Positions 11,802 through 22,180 of a stretch of 50,406 nt of DNA are shown piece after piece. This stretch comes from Chara braunii. Taxonomy: Eukaryota > Plantae > Charophyceae. The notes below the pieces were generated by a model that saw only the letters and a list, made by a program, of their open reading frames with translations, was not told the origin of the DNA and made no database searches. The stretch spans positions 9,527,766-9,578,171 of the forward strand of contig BFEA01000002.1 of NCBI GenBank assembly GCA_003427395.1. The letters are read 5' to 3'. The position numbers and the translations under genes were made by a program. The stretch's first letter is position 1, and the number at the start of each line of letters is the position of its first letter.

Positions 11802-12510
11802 CGGCCCTCAAAACCCCTCCGGTTTGCCACCTGCTCCTCTCCGAAGAAGCGAGCGTACGGAACGTCCGCGACGAGGGATCGGAGTCCCTCAAACTCCCTC
11901 AATCTTCCAAATATGGTGGATAACTTACTCCTTGGGGGAATTCCCACGTCCACGCACTGAGTATAAAGCCAAAACAAACCCCTAGCCCGCACCCCGGATT
12001 CTCGAGCAGCCCTAAGCACCGCCACTACTCTCTCTTCCGGGTCCCTTAGGAACGAACTGGCCAAGGACTGGGGCAAGTTAGCGTGAAGGACCCCGGAAGT
12101 GCGAGGGACCTCTCCGGGCTCGACGAAGGAAACTAGGGACCACGACTCGAAAGTCCCCTCCTCGTAATCTGTTAACACCAGGTTGTTTGCCAACAGCCTG
12201 GCGGACTCTCGGTACTCAAAGTGCGTAAGCCGTCCGGTCACTAAACCTCTCCAGACCTCAGTTCACCTCTCTTCGTAAAAAAAAATGGTTGCTCGGATCT
12301 CTAGGAAGCGACCGATGTCGGGTGGGCCTCCTCTCTCCACACCTTCTTTCCAAGTGAGCCTTCATTGGCCCCTTCTCTGATTAATCCCCCCTTCTCAGCA
12401 CTCATCCAATAAGGAGTCACCTGAGGGTCTCCTGGGATCAAGACCTTCTTGGGATCGCCGGCCTCTATCGATTCTACCACCCCTTCTTCACTGAGGACGA
12501 ACTTCACCAT
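11798..12510 (-). pseudogene. Accessory ORF C3, unknown function (one frameshift plus TGA at 12263-12265)
   Basis: The rebuilt GRFLEIRATIFF...LFWLYTQCVDVGIPPRSKLSTIFGRL aligns with C2 GRSLEVTAIIFI...LWILYTHYIDQGIPPRRKLWGIFRRL. Confidence 0.65.
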
Positions 12511-13174
12511 CGACTTTCGTCGCCCTAAAGACCCACCTGTGATAATCTTCCGGAGAGAGAGTGTAGGTCTTCTCTAAAGAACCCAGTCTACGGAAAATAC
12601 CCCAGAGTTTCCTGCGCGGCGGAATACCTTGATCGATGTAGTGTGTATAAAGTATCCACAGGGACCAGAATGTAAGACCCAAACCCCTACCCCTCTCTAG
12701 AAGACACACTATTTTTTCCTCGTCTGCCCTAGGCAACAGGTAGGATGGCACCCTCAGAGTTAAGGGGTATCTTGATTTTGGGAGTTCACCTTCCTTCGCG
12801 AACCTTTCCCTTTCCACGGACACGAACGCAAATCGCTTTCTAACCCTATTTACCCATTCTCCTCTCACCTCTCTTGCCTTCCGCAATAATTTTTCCAACC
12901 CACCCCCTTGTCCCAGAACTAGGGGTACTACAAGCTTTGCCCAAGCCTTCGGTGCTATGAAAATAATCGCGGTTACTTCAAGGCTTCGTCCAATACCTTG
13001 GCCTTCTAGTTCTTTGGACTTTATCCACACAAATTCCCCACTGACTGTGAACCTCCCTTCTTCTACCCTTTCCCAATCCGACAGTTTCTTGTTGCTAGGG
13101 ATCAGCCTAAGGGTCTCACGGTCTTCTAATGGGGACTCAAAGAAGCATCCATGCTTTCCATCATGGAACACCAT
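12488..13174 (-). CDS. Accessory ORF C2, unknown function
   Basis: Intact 228-aa ATG ORF overlapping its neighbours. Clear paralog of C3. Confidence 0.7.
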   Translation of the reverse strand: MVFHDGKHGCFFESPLEDRETLRLIPSNKKLSDWERVEEGRFTVSGEFVWIKSKELEGQGIGRSLEVTAIIFIAPKAWAKLVVPLVLGQGGGLEKLLRKAREVRGEWVNRVRKRFAFVSVERERFAKEGELPKSRYPLTLRVPSYLLPRADEEKIVCLLERGRGLGLTFWSLWILYTHYIDQGIPPRRKLWGIFRRLGSLEKTYTLSPEDYHRWVFRATKVDGEVRPQ

Positions 13175-13923
13175 TCATTTAGAAGGATCCTTTGCGGCAC
13201 TCCGAAGACCCTTTGGTATCCGTAGTCCCTTCCTCCCTCGCGGTCCCGGGTGGACTCCCTAAAGATCCCGGCACGAATCCTACAAGCCCTGATCCCGTAC
13301 GGCACCGGGTTTTCCACGCAATAGGTGTAGTACCAATGGAGTGACCTAACGGAGAGTTGCCACCCCTTTTCCCGCACTATGGACCGTACTATCATGTCGT
13401 ATCGTTCCTCCTCCCCGCTCACCCTTCGTAAAACAAATGATGGGAATATGGCCCTGACGCACCCTGTGGCACGGGGATATTCTTCGTCTCCCGCGCAGGT
13501 CACCCTCACCTCAATGGGTGGGCTATGCCTAAGGGATTCAGCCTCAAAGACCTGTCTCAAAATCGGACCTACCCGTGCCGCCCAATGATCCGCACGGTAC
13601 CACCCCAGGGCCAAATGAGTGACGTACTCGACCCAAGCTTCCTTACTCAAGTAGACTGTTCCTTCCGCACGGATCACTGTTCGCCTGGGTCTCTTCCCGT
13701 TCTGGGGCCTGTTCCGGGACCACCTGTCCCCCTCCCAAGTTCCCACTGCGAAACGAGCCCAGAGAAAAACCCCTCTCTCTAGCTCTACCCCCCTCTAACG
13801 ACCGGCTAGATACCGCTCTGTGCGGTGGTCTAAAGGGACGCTGAAGCACTCTCGGTCTTTGCTTATATCAGCTTTCTCAATCCGAACCCCTTCTTCTTCA
13901 GTACCTTCTATGATTCTAACCAT
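13126..13923 (-). pseudogene. Accessory ORF C1, unknown function (one in-frame TAG at 13795-13797)
   Basis: ATG at 13923 is in frame with 13126-13746. Motifs VYLSKEAWVE, EEYPRATG and LHWYYTYCVE match C2-C4. Confidence 0.65.
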
Positions 13924-14315
13924 CCCCTAGGACTATCTCCTCTATGATTTGAACTAGCGCTCTCCAGGAAGGCGTTCGGAATAGTGGGGACTGGCCTACC
14001 CCCTCGCGGATACGTCTGACACCCCAACGAGTAGAAATAGTTAATTTCGTAAGCCCCTAGCAGTTGCTTCTCAAGCTGCGCGTGACCGATCGCCTCCTCC
14101 TAGCTATCCAAATACCCCGCTGCTCTATCTACTCCCTCTTCCACGTACAAGGCTATGTCGAAGTGCCCGGTCCACCAGTAGAAGGTATAGCACCAAACAT
14201 CTACTCCGCCTATGTCACCCACACTAATCCCCGCGGGCTCAAACTCCAAAGGCCTCAAGCTCATGGATCCGCCGCTCTCACCATATGCTTCACTATCCCT
14301 ACCCGTACTTTTCAT
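13908..14315 (-). pseudogene. Accessory ORF B2, unknown function (in-frame TAG at 14100-14102)
   Basis: Reading through the TAG gives EEAIG...YFYSLGCQTYPRGGRP, collinear with B1. Confidence 0.7.
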
Positions 14316-14620
14316 CCATCCGACCCATCAAGATAAGCGTCTGGAATTACCGGCGCCGGGCGACCACCTCTCGGGTAGGTACGATATCCTAGAGAATAGA
14401 AATACTTGAATCCGTAACTCCTTAACTCCCCCCGCGAACAGCGGGAGTCGCCTATCGCCTCTTCCCACCCTCGAAGGAAGTTCTCCCCTTGATCTTGCCC
14501 CTCCTCTACATAAACACCTACATCAAAGTCCCCAGTCCATAGTCTAAAGGAGTAGCACCACACATCAACACTTCCGTGGGTACACACACTAATCCATTCG
14601 GGAGTGGCTTCTAGGCTCAT
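14312..14620 (-). CDS. Accessory ORF B1, unknown function (102 aa)
   Basis: Intact ORF with ATGA overlaps at both ends. Paralog of B2 (VDVWCY.F..WTG.FD...YVEEG). Confidence 0.7.
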   Translation of the reverse strand: MSLEATPEWISVCTHGSVDVWCYSFRLWTGDFDVGVYVEEGQDQGENFLRGWEEAIGDSRCSRGELRSYGFKYFYSLGYRTYPRGGRPAPVIPDAYLDGSDG

Positions 14621-15192
14621 ACAGTATAATCAAAGAAAACTTCCCTAAATTCTCACTTTCTATTGGCCACTCGAGAGACCACCTCTATCCCGCGAGGAAG
14701 AGAAGCCTGTGAGCTCAGAAGGATCAAATGGACCAGAGAAGGAACGTCGTCTCACTCGGCTACCTTCCTGTCCTCCCCCGCTGAGAGACTCCTCCCCACT
14801 CCCGGCCTAGAGACTAGCCGTGGACACAGGTTATCCACGAGGAAGGGTGGCAACCCCCTCCCTGGAGTCGGACCGAAGTCACACACCCGCACCCTACGTC
14901 CCCCACTGAACTGACCTCTTAGCCTATCCGGTACCACGCCTCTACTCGGCCCACCTCAGGCGTGGAATTACCCGGGTCCCAGGACAAGATCCACCTATGT
15001 ATCGGAAATCTCTAGCCTATCTATTCCCTCTCCTTTCTCCTCATCGTGAACCCTTCGCACTTCGTTCTCTTCTCCCTTTTTCGCCTCCTGCTGCCTCTTT
15101 TCTCTATTGGAATCACTGGAAAATCGGAAAAATCGAAAAAAGGGTGGGAAGAGCGGAGCTTTTAGGAAGAGGCTCTCAGGTGGGGTTGACAA
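14617..15192 (-). pseudogene. Accessory ORF A2 (several in-frame stops)
   Basis: ORF pieces 14995-15192 and 14752-14937 share one frame, which ends at the TGA overlapping the B1 ATG. Confidence 0.35.
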
Positions 15193-15267
15193 GCATACAT
15201 ACCTTGGGTCTTCAATACTCGTTATCGTAGTCCCAATAATCCCCCAGTTCTGAGTCCGAGAAATCGG

Positions 15268-15573
15268 CTAGACACCGGTCCACCAAGGAGCCGGCCTCCG
15301 ATCCCTCGCCCAAGGTCCCCCAAGTATCCCACTCTTCTTGAATGTCCTCACTATGAAGGTCAGGTATCTCCCTCTCTCCCCTTTGCTTCGGTACCCGTAG
15401 CACCACTCTCCTTTCCCCCAAGCCCCAAACCGGTCCCGATTGAGAGTCCCGCTCCCTCGTGGGAGTTGCAACCGTCGTCAGCCCCTGTGGATCGAGAATC
15501 GAAACCCCTAACCCCTCTCTAGACANGCTGGGACAACTACACAGGAAACGCACGGGTGAACCTTGATTGCCAT
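15268..15573 (-). pseudogene. Accessory ORF A1, first ORF after the PBS (two in-frame stops)
   Basis: ATG at 15573 (MAIKVHPCVSC...) is in frame with 15268-15471. Confidence 0.3.
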
Positions 15574-15615
15574 CCCCTTATCAGGCTGAAAGTCACGTGA
15601 GGGTGACAGGGTGGC

Positions 15616-15633
15616 AATCGCCAGCGTATGCCA
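15616..15633 (-). promoter_or_regulatory. Primer-binding site (tRNA identity unresolved)
   Basis: Minus strand ...CACTCACA-TAT-TGGCATACGCTGGCGATT has the CA/3-nt spacer/TGG layout typical of an LTR-PBS junction. Confidence 0.65.
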
Positions 15634-16709
15634 ATATGTGAGTGAAGCCCTCTTTCTTGCTGATTTTGCTCATCTCAAAACCTCCTCCCGCACGTAGACC
15701 GCCAACCTCCTCTCTCATACTAATCCCACATTCGCCACATGGAACGCGCACGCCGGATTCTCTAACGATTTACCCATCAGAAAAGCAGTAACGTGACAGG
15801 CCAGAGCACGCATGCAAACTCTTCCCCACTTCTTCTCTCCACACGGCAGCATGAATAAAGCTTTCGCTGATAGTCGAGCATATTGCCGCATTAACCAAAT
15901 TTCCTGAGAAGAAATAGGAGACCATTCTCACTTGACAGCCCACTAGCCTTTTCGTCACGGACTGAAGACTCGTGGCTTGCCCGCCGGTCATGTCTTTCAA
16001 GAACGCTTTCCCTTCTCCCACTGCCTAATCACTTGTGCGTCTCGGTCAATACTCCTTTCCTCCCACACAAACGTGTTACGCATGGGCTGAGTACTCGAAC
16101 CACAACACCATACCCTGTTAGCTCCCAGGCTACCTCCCTGACAAGAGCGTGATAAGCTCGCAAGCCGATCTCGTGCATAGCCCGTTGTGTTGACGTCAAC
16201 TTTCTTCACACATATTGACCCCTCGATCGCCTTTGTCCGTCTCAGCCCCTTTTGCTAACTTCATTCGCCTTCGACTGTGCCACGCGTACGTCTGTAACTG
16301 CTTCGTAGCTCGCACCCCGTTTTCCAGAATGACCACCCTCCGGCCTCTCTCGCTTTCCCCGTCACGCCACCTGTCGCGCCTGAGCTTATTCCACTCTCCT
16401 TACATGTCTCTCAGAACCGCCCGTGTTGACTCTCTCTCTCTCTCTCTGGGACCCAGCCTCACACACGTTTCTTCCCTTTGCTCTATTTCTCTCCGGCCCC
16501 TCGGCCTCAGGGCGTCAACTGCCGTGAATTGGCTTCAGGTCCCTCCTCCACCGGCTTTGCAGCCCGGTGTCAGCCGGACCGTCCGTACTGAACCCCTCCC
16601 CTGTCGTTTCTCACCCCCCCCTCCTCTTGCTTTGAAGGGCCCTCTACTCGCCGTGGGCACCGAACCCAGAGCGTAGTCACATGTCGTGTGCAACTACAGA
16701 ACTCGACGG

Positions 16710-17440
16710 AAAGGAAGGACCCTGTACGGGCGTTCGAATGATCTTAAAGAAAACAAGTACCCCGCACTTCGTTACTTATTAAATACGGTCTCATAACTCA
16801 AGAGGAACCAAGAACTCAGAACTTCGAGCCAGGTCGATTGCTAAATGCGGTTTCAGATTTCAGTGAGAAACAAGGACAACAGTTTTAGAACTCAAAGGGA
16901 AAGAAGGACTTCGTCCGAGCGTTCGAACGACCTTAAAGAAACAAGTACTCCGAACTTCGTACTTCGTCACTTATTGAGTACGGTCTCAGCACTCAAGAGG
17001 AACCAAGAACTCAAAACTTCGAGCTAGGTCAATTGCTAAAAGCAGTTTCAGATTTCAGTGAGAAACAAGGATAGCAATTTCATAACTCAAAGGGAAAGAA
17101 GGACTCCGTCCGAATGTTCGAGTGACCTTAAAGAAAACAAGTACTTCGCACTTCGTCACTTCGTCACTTATTGAATACGGTCTCAGAACTCAAAACTTCG
17201 AGTCAGGTCGTTGGCTAAATGCGGTTACAGATTTTGGTGAGAAACAAGGATAACTGTTTCAGAACTTCAAAGGGAAAGAAGGACTCGGTCCCTCACTGAA
17301 TACGGTTTAAGAACTCGAGAGGGAACAAGGGTTCCAAACTTCGAAGTTGGTCACTAACTGAGTGCGGTAACGGAGCTCAAAAGGAAACGAGGACCGCATT
17401 TTCAGAACTCAAAAGTGAAGAAGGACTCGGAACTCATAAC
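16710..17440. repeat. ~190-bp tandem repeat (about 3.5 copies) inside the LTR
   Basis: Recurring CTTAAAGAAAACAAGTAC...TGAGAAACAAGGA...CAAAGGGAAAGAAGGACT units. Confidence 0.85.
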
Positions 17441-18635
17441 TTTTTCGCTTGCGGAGTACAAATTCGAAGCTCGAAAAGAAGGAAAAAGAAGATTCCCTCG
17501 GATCATTTCAACTGCGTAGAACCCGACGTTGTTACAGAACTTCGAGTTCGGCCATACGCAGTGCTCAGTTCCCGAGAAAAGGATTCTCGCTGCACGAGCT
17601 CTCTCGCCACTCCTCGACGCTCGGTTGTTGGGAACCACCGAGCATGGAGCCTCCCCCGCCTCGCGCGCGGGCTCTCAATGACCTCTAGGCGCTAGCTTGT
17701 CGAAAACTTTCTTACGTGGCCCGTATCCTCGCGGTGGCCCCCCTACGTTCGCCTGCTGAGAACCCCCTGCGCAAAGCCTCGCGTAATCTTACCACGACAT
17801 GCCCGCGGGTTCATTCCCCCTTTCGCATCGAACGCGAATCCGCTGGCACCTCCTCGTTGCGCGCAGCCCACGCAGCCCGGCGCGGGCGGGCGACTGAGCC
17901 TCTTGTAACCTTCCACTCTCGCTCTACTCCCTTGCGCGGCCCCAGTTGTGGCGTTGTCGTGAGGAGCAGCGAAGATGCCCTCTTCCAGCGGTCGGTCTTC
18001 CTCCTTGTTGCCTCGTGAGCGCTACCGTGAACACAAGAGGCTCGTCCGCACACCGTGTCCTCTGAGCCTGACTCGTGCACGATAGTTAGTACGTGCGCCG
18101 CCTGATCTCCTGACGGCCACTCCCCCTTGGTGGTCACCGCGAGTTCCCGAGCTAAGTTCCACTGACGCCCCCCCCCTTCTAGTCTTCGCTGACGTGTTCG
18201 CCCGTTCGTTCCCCCCGTTGGCCGCGCCCTGGCTACCTCTCCGCTGCTCTCATCGCTGGGAACTCCTTCGAGCTCTCTCCCCTCTTCTCCTCTCCCGCCC
18301 GTGGCCCGTTCGTCCGCTCTCCGTGCCGAGCCAGCGAGTCGCCTCGCTACTCCATCCGACGTCTCCGTGCGCTCGAAGTGCCCAGTGCACCGTCCAGTCG
18401 TGCGCTCGGAGTAACACGTACGTCGCTTACTCGTGCGCTCGGAGTGCTCACTCCTCCCCCCCTGCGTGCACGGAGTTCATTCGTGAACTCCCTAACTCTC
18501 GCGTGCGCTTCCTCCGCTAGCGCGTCTATGCGAGCTCGCGAAAGGGTGCTCCTCCTCCGCCCTTCTCTCCCCCTCTCTCTCCTTCTCTCCCCGGCGCACT
18601 GACGTCTCTCTCTCTCTCCCTGTCCAGTGCACTGA

Positions 18636-18639
<4 letters not shown>

Positions 18640-18724
<85 letters not shown>
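18640..18724. repeat. (CT)n microsatellite inside the LTR
   Basis: Read directly; equivalent to 1-22. Confidence 0.95.
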
Positions 18725-18727
<3 letters not shown>

Positions 18728-20329
18728 GACTACTACCCCGGACTCGGACTAGCGACCGAGCGCTGCCGAAAAGGAACTCACACCTTCGGGCGCTGCTCGT
18801 TCGCCTTTATTCCCCGCGTACGCCTCCCTTCTATGCTCTTCACCTCGGTCCCAGACGGATGCCACCCCCTTCGCCCCGCCTTGCAGCGCCTCCCTTCTAG
18901 TTGATGCCAAAATTTTCCGACATTCAGACTTCCCACTCAGCATTCCCTCCTTCCTTTGTGATCCGCCTCCTTCGTCTTTTCGGCCAATCGTCTTCCGCCT
19001 TCCCTTTCGCATCGGATTCGACTCCGCTCTTCTTTGATAATCGCCTCGTAGTATCCTTGACCGAAATTTCCCGAAATTTGAACTTCCCGCTTAGCATCCC
19101 CTCCTTCCTTTGGGATCCACTCCCCTTTTGTCCTTTTGGCCATTCGTCTTCCCTTCTCTCTTTTGTGTGGGATTCGACTTTCAGGAGGCATCGCGCGTCG
19201 CCCGACAGTTATCATTAATCATACACGCTCTCTTTTTGATAACCGACTCGACCTGCCCCGCCTAGTATTTCTTCCACCCCACTTCATCTTATCGGCCAAT
19301 AGTCTTCCTTTTCTCTTTCATGAGGGATTCGACTTTCTGGAAGCATCACACGCCGCCCAATCAGTTATCACTAATCATACACGATAACTGTCAACCAAAA
19401 TTTCCCAAAATTCAAACTTTCCCGCTTAGTATTCCCTCCTTCTTTCGGGGACCCACCCCTTTTCATCTTATCGGCCAACCGTCTTCCCCCCTCCCCTGTC
19501 GCTTTGAATTCGATTTTCTTGGGAGCAGCAGACCATTTTGACCTCGGCGCTGGGCGANTTAGTCGGTAGCTNTGTTTTACCCGACGGCTACACTCTCTCT
19601 CTAAGACAACTGTTTTGTAGAGCTGGAAGCTCAGCTCCGTCGAAGGCACCCCCTTTCTATCCTTTTCTCTCGGATTTCGTCGGTGCGAGTTCACGATCCG
19701 ACCTCCTTCCTTTTACCGCAGTCCTCCGGCCGTGCGCAACCAGCCTTCGTCGTGCCAGGCCGTAGTGTTACATGTCGCCCCTTGCAGTCCACCCCTCAAG
19801 GTGCCAAAAAAAAACTAAATTTTTGACTAAATTTCTAACTCCCGCCCCCGTCTTTTCTTCCAATGTCCCTTCTTCACCCATCCCATCCAATAGGATTCGC
19901 CCTTCCTCGCAGTGGCCGGATCGATCAGAGGTACGAGGCATACCCTTGATTCTGATCGCGCTCCCTTTCGTCCGTCCTTCCACCCAGCTCCCGGCTGCCT
20001 CCCTTCCGCAACTCTCCGCCCTGCTCCTTCCTTGGTAGTCTGAAAGAAGTTCTGAGGAGCGCGCGCCTTCCCTTATTCGGTTATCAAGAATTTCCAGCTT
20101 CCGCTCGTTCGCCCGAGTCGACGTTTTCTTGCTTCTCGCCTTGCAACCAACCGTGGCACACAGTCCCTTCCGTCTTTTCACCTTCCCTCCTTTTGTTCGT
20201 AACAGACCGGCGGGACAGTGGACCCCCCCCCTCCCCGAGGATGATCCTTCAGTTCGGTCGACTCCCGGTCATTCAGGAAACGCAATCCCCCAGCTTGCAG
20301 ATATTATTCCTCCCTCTCAGGTCGGTGCC

Positions 20330-20338
20330 CTATATAGA
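20330..20338 (-). promoter_or_regulatory. Candidate TATA box of the LTR promoter
   Basis: TCTATATAG in a GC-rich context, conserved in the other LTR (~1641-1649). Confidence 0.3.
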
Positions 20339-21760
20339 TCCTCCCCCTTTTTCGTTCGTTGGATGACACGATCCGAGCAGCCCGCGCCCAACTCGTCCTG
20401 CCAGGTCTCGTGGCGCGCCCCCCTTTTCCTCATGCGAGCACCAGCTCTTTCCCATTCTTCCGGTCAGTGGCCTAGCCCAACCATTCCTTTTCCGCAGCGG
20501 GCTTTCTCCTGCTCTCCCGACAATTTTTCTGAAATCGATCGCCACGGGGCATCCAGATCCTGTGTCCGACTCTTCCGGTCGCACAGTGCTAAGACCGATC
20601 CTTCCGCATCGGCGACCTTCATCGTGATTGGCTTATCTTTGGAGCTTGCGCGTCCCCGTTATCGGCCACCACCTTCCCGAGCCCTGTACGGCCTCCTCTG
20701 TCTTATTTTCTCCCTCCTTCTCGGTCTCACTTTGGCCACACCTGATTAACATTGTCCTGCCTTGAGAAGCAGTCCCCTCTCTTCAATCGTCACATGATCA
20801 AGCAGCTCCCCCTTCGTTTTCATTTTCCTTCCTTCCCCTTTCGAGTTTGCGATGGCTATCTTACCAGCCGCGGGTGAACTTGGATTATGATTCGCGCGGC
20901 ATTGGTCCGATCACCAGCGAAATCGATCCGGCGCCCGCCACCATCCAAGGACTTATCGCAGCCCTCGTTACGAACCCATCCTTGGTGCAACCGCGTTTCG
21001 GCCTCTTCTGCCCCTGAAAAGTCCTGCGACCGATCCCGTGAGACAGGGTTTAATCCGGCCCCCTTTTTGGTCAAACCTGGATCTTCTCTCGCTTCGTTAT
21101 CCGGAGTTTTCCACGGCCTGCCTCAAGGTCAGCCATCAACCCGTGATCCTTTACCCAAGGTACTGAAAACCTCGATCTCCTGGAATCCGCCCGTTCATAT
21201 TCCCCCTTTTGTGCCCGTTTTCTCCCGAACCGGTCATCGCCACCAACAGCTAGTTTCGAGCATCGCCTCGTGGCCGCTCCTTCGCATTGTCGTCGGAGAC
21301 CTCTGGCACGGTCACTGCATCAAGATTGCGTCGACCGTTGTGGCATTTCTCCCCACCTCCCGGGACTGCAGACCGCGTTAGGCACGAGTAGACTCCGCTA
21401 CGTACAACTGTGGTAGCCCGTTGTTACTTCGAAACAGAGGTTCCGGTCCTTCACTGGCCGCCCGTTTTCGATCTGATCTAGGCCCATCCCGATGCACATT
21501 GTCTGTCCCGCATTTTCAGTTTCCGATTCCGAAAAACTCCCGTTTTTCACGATCCGCCCGAGCCCGCTTAGGATCAAGTCGCCACCGCCACTCCAGGCAA
21601 TCGGAGGGTTAGTATGAGGGCCCGAAAACCCGAGGACATCCAAAATCATCATACCCACATGCATACATACGTCAAAACCATGCGAAAAACAAAAAAAAGA
21701 GAAATTATTTTTCATTTTAAATAAAGAAAAACCCTTCGGCTGGTGGGCAGCCGTCCGACA

Positions 21761-22180
21761 CTGGTGACGTCTCTGGATCTCGCCTGGTGTGATCCAGGAC
21801 CTGACGTCCGTCTCCCGGTCCTCCGCCTCGCTCATCTCGCTCTTCCCACCTGAGTCTCGTTCCAGGTGGGCCTACTCCCAGTCCGCCGTGTCCATCTCGG
21901 TCTCGGTCTCATGATACGAGACCGTTACCTGCATTTTCGCCGTCACCCCGTCTCTTTTGCAGCGCCTCTCCACACGGTCTTTCGTCTCTGTGATAGCGTC
22001 CTGCAGCCTTCCATCAGTCCGCATTTCCTCCTCTTTTTCTCCCTCCACGTTGATCCTCAGTCTTAGCTCGTCACCCCCATCATAATCGAGTATGGTCGTA
22101 ATCTAGGGGCCCTCCCCGGACATAGGCTTCCATCGAATCTGGTGGTACCAATAGCAGGGTCTATACCTATGCAACGCCAT
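21761..22180 (-). pseudogene. Unknown ORF (140 codons, two TAG stops) cut by insertion of the giant element
   Basis: ATG at 22180 (MALHRYRPCYW...). The frame runs with only two stops to the LTR edge. Confidence 0.4.

Larger units (their letters stand above)
1..21760 (-). mobile_element. Giant degenerate Ty3/Gypsy (non-chromovirus) LTR retrotransposon, left end outside the window
   Basis: 1-3116 is a direct repeat of ~18700-21760, both ending ...GGGCAGCC(T/G)(C/T)CCGACA. PBS at 15616-15633. Domain order on the minus strand is gag-PR-RT-RH-INT (Gypsy order). Several stops and frameshifts. Confidence 0.95.
15637..21760 (-). repeat. 5' LTR (~6.1 kb, TG...CA)
   Basis: The right half duplicates 1-3116. 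The left boundary is inferred from the PBS. The flank CTGGT (21761-21765) would be the TSD. Confidence 0.75.

Noticed and set aside
10140-15573. Env-like gene or captured bacterial operon
   Set aside because: No signal peptide or TM segments, wrong position for env, no recognisable bacterial domains, and composition resembles gag-pol. Homology searches are still needed.
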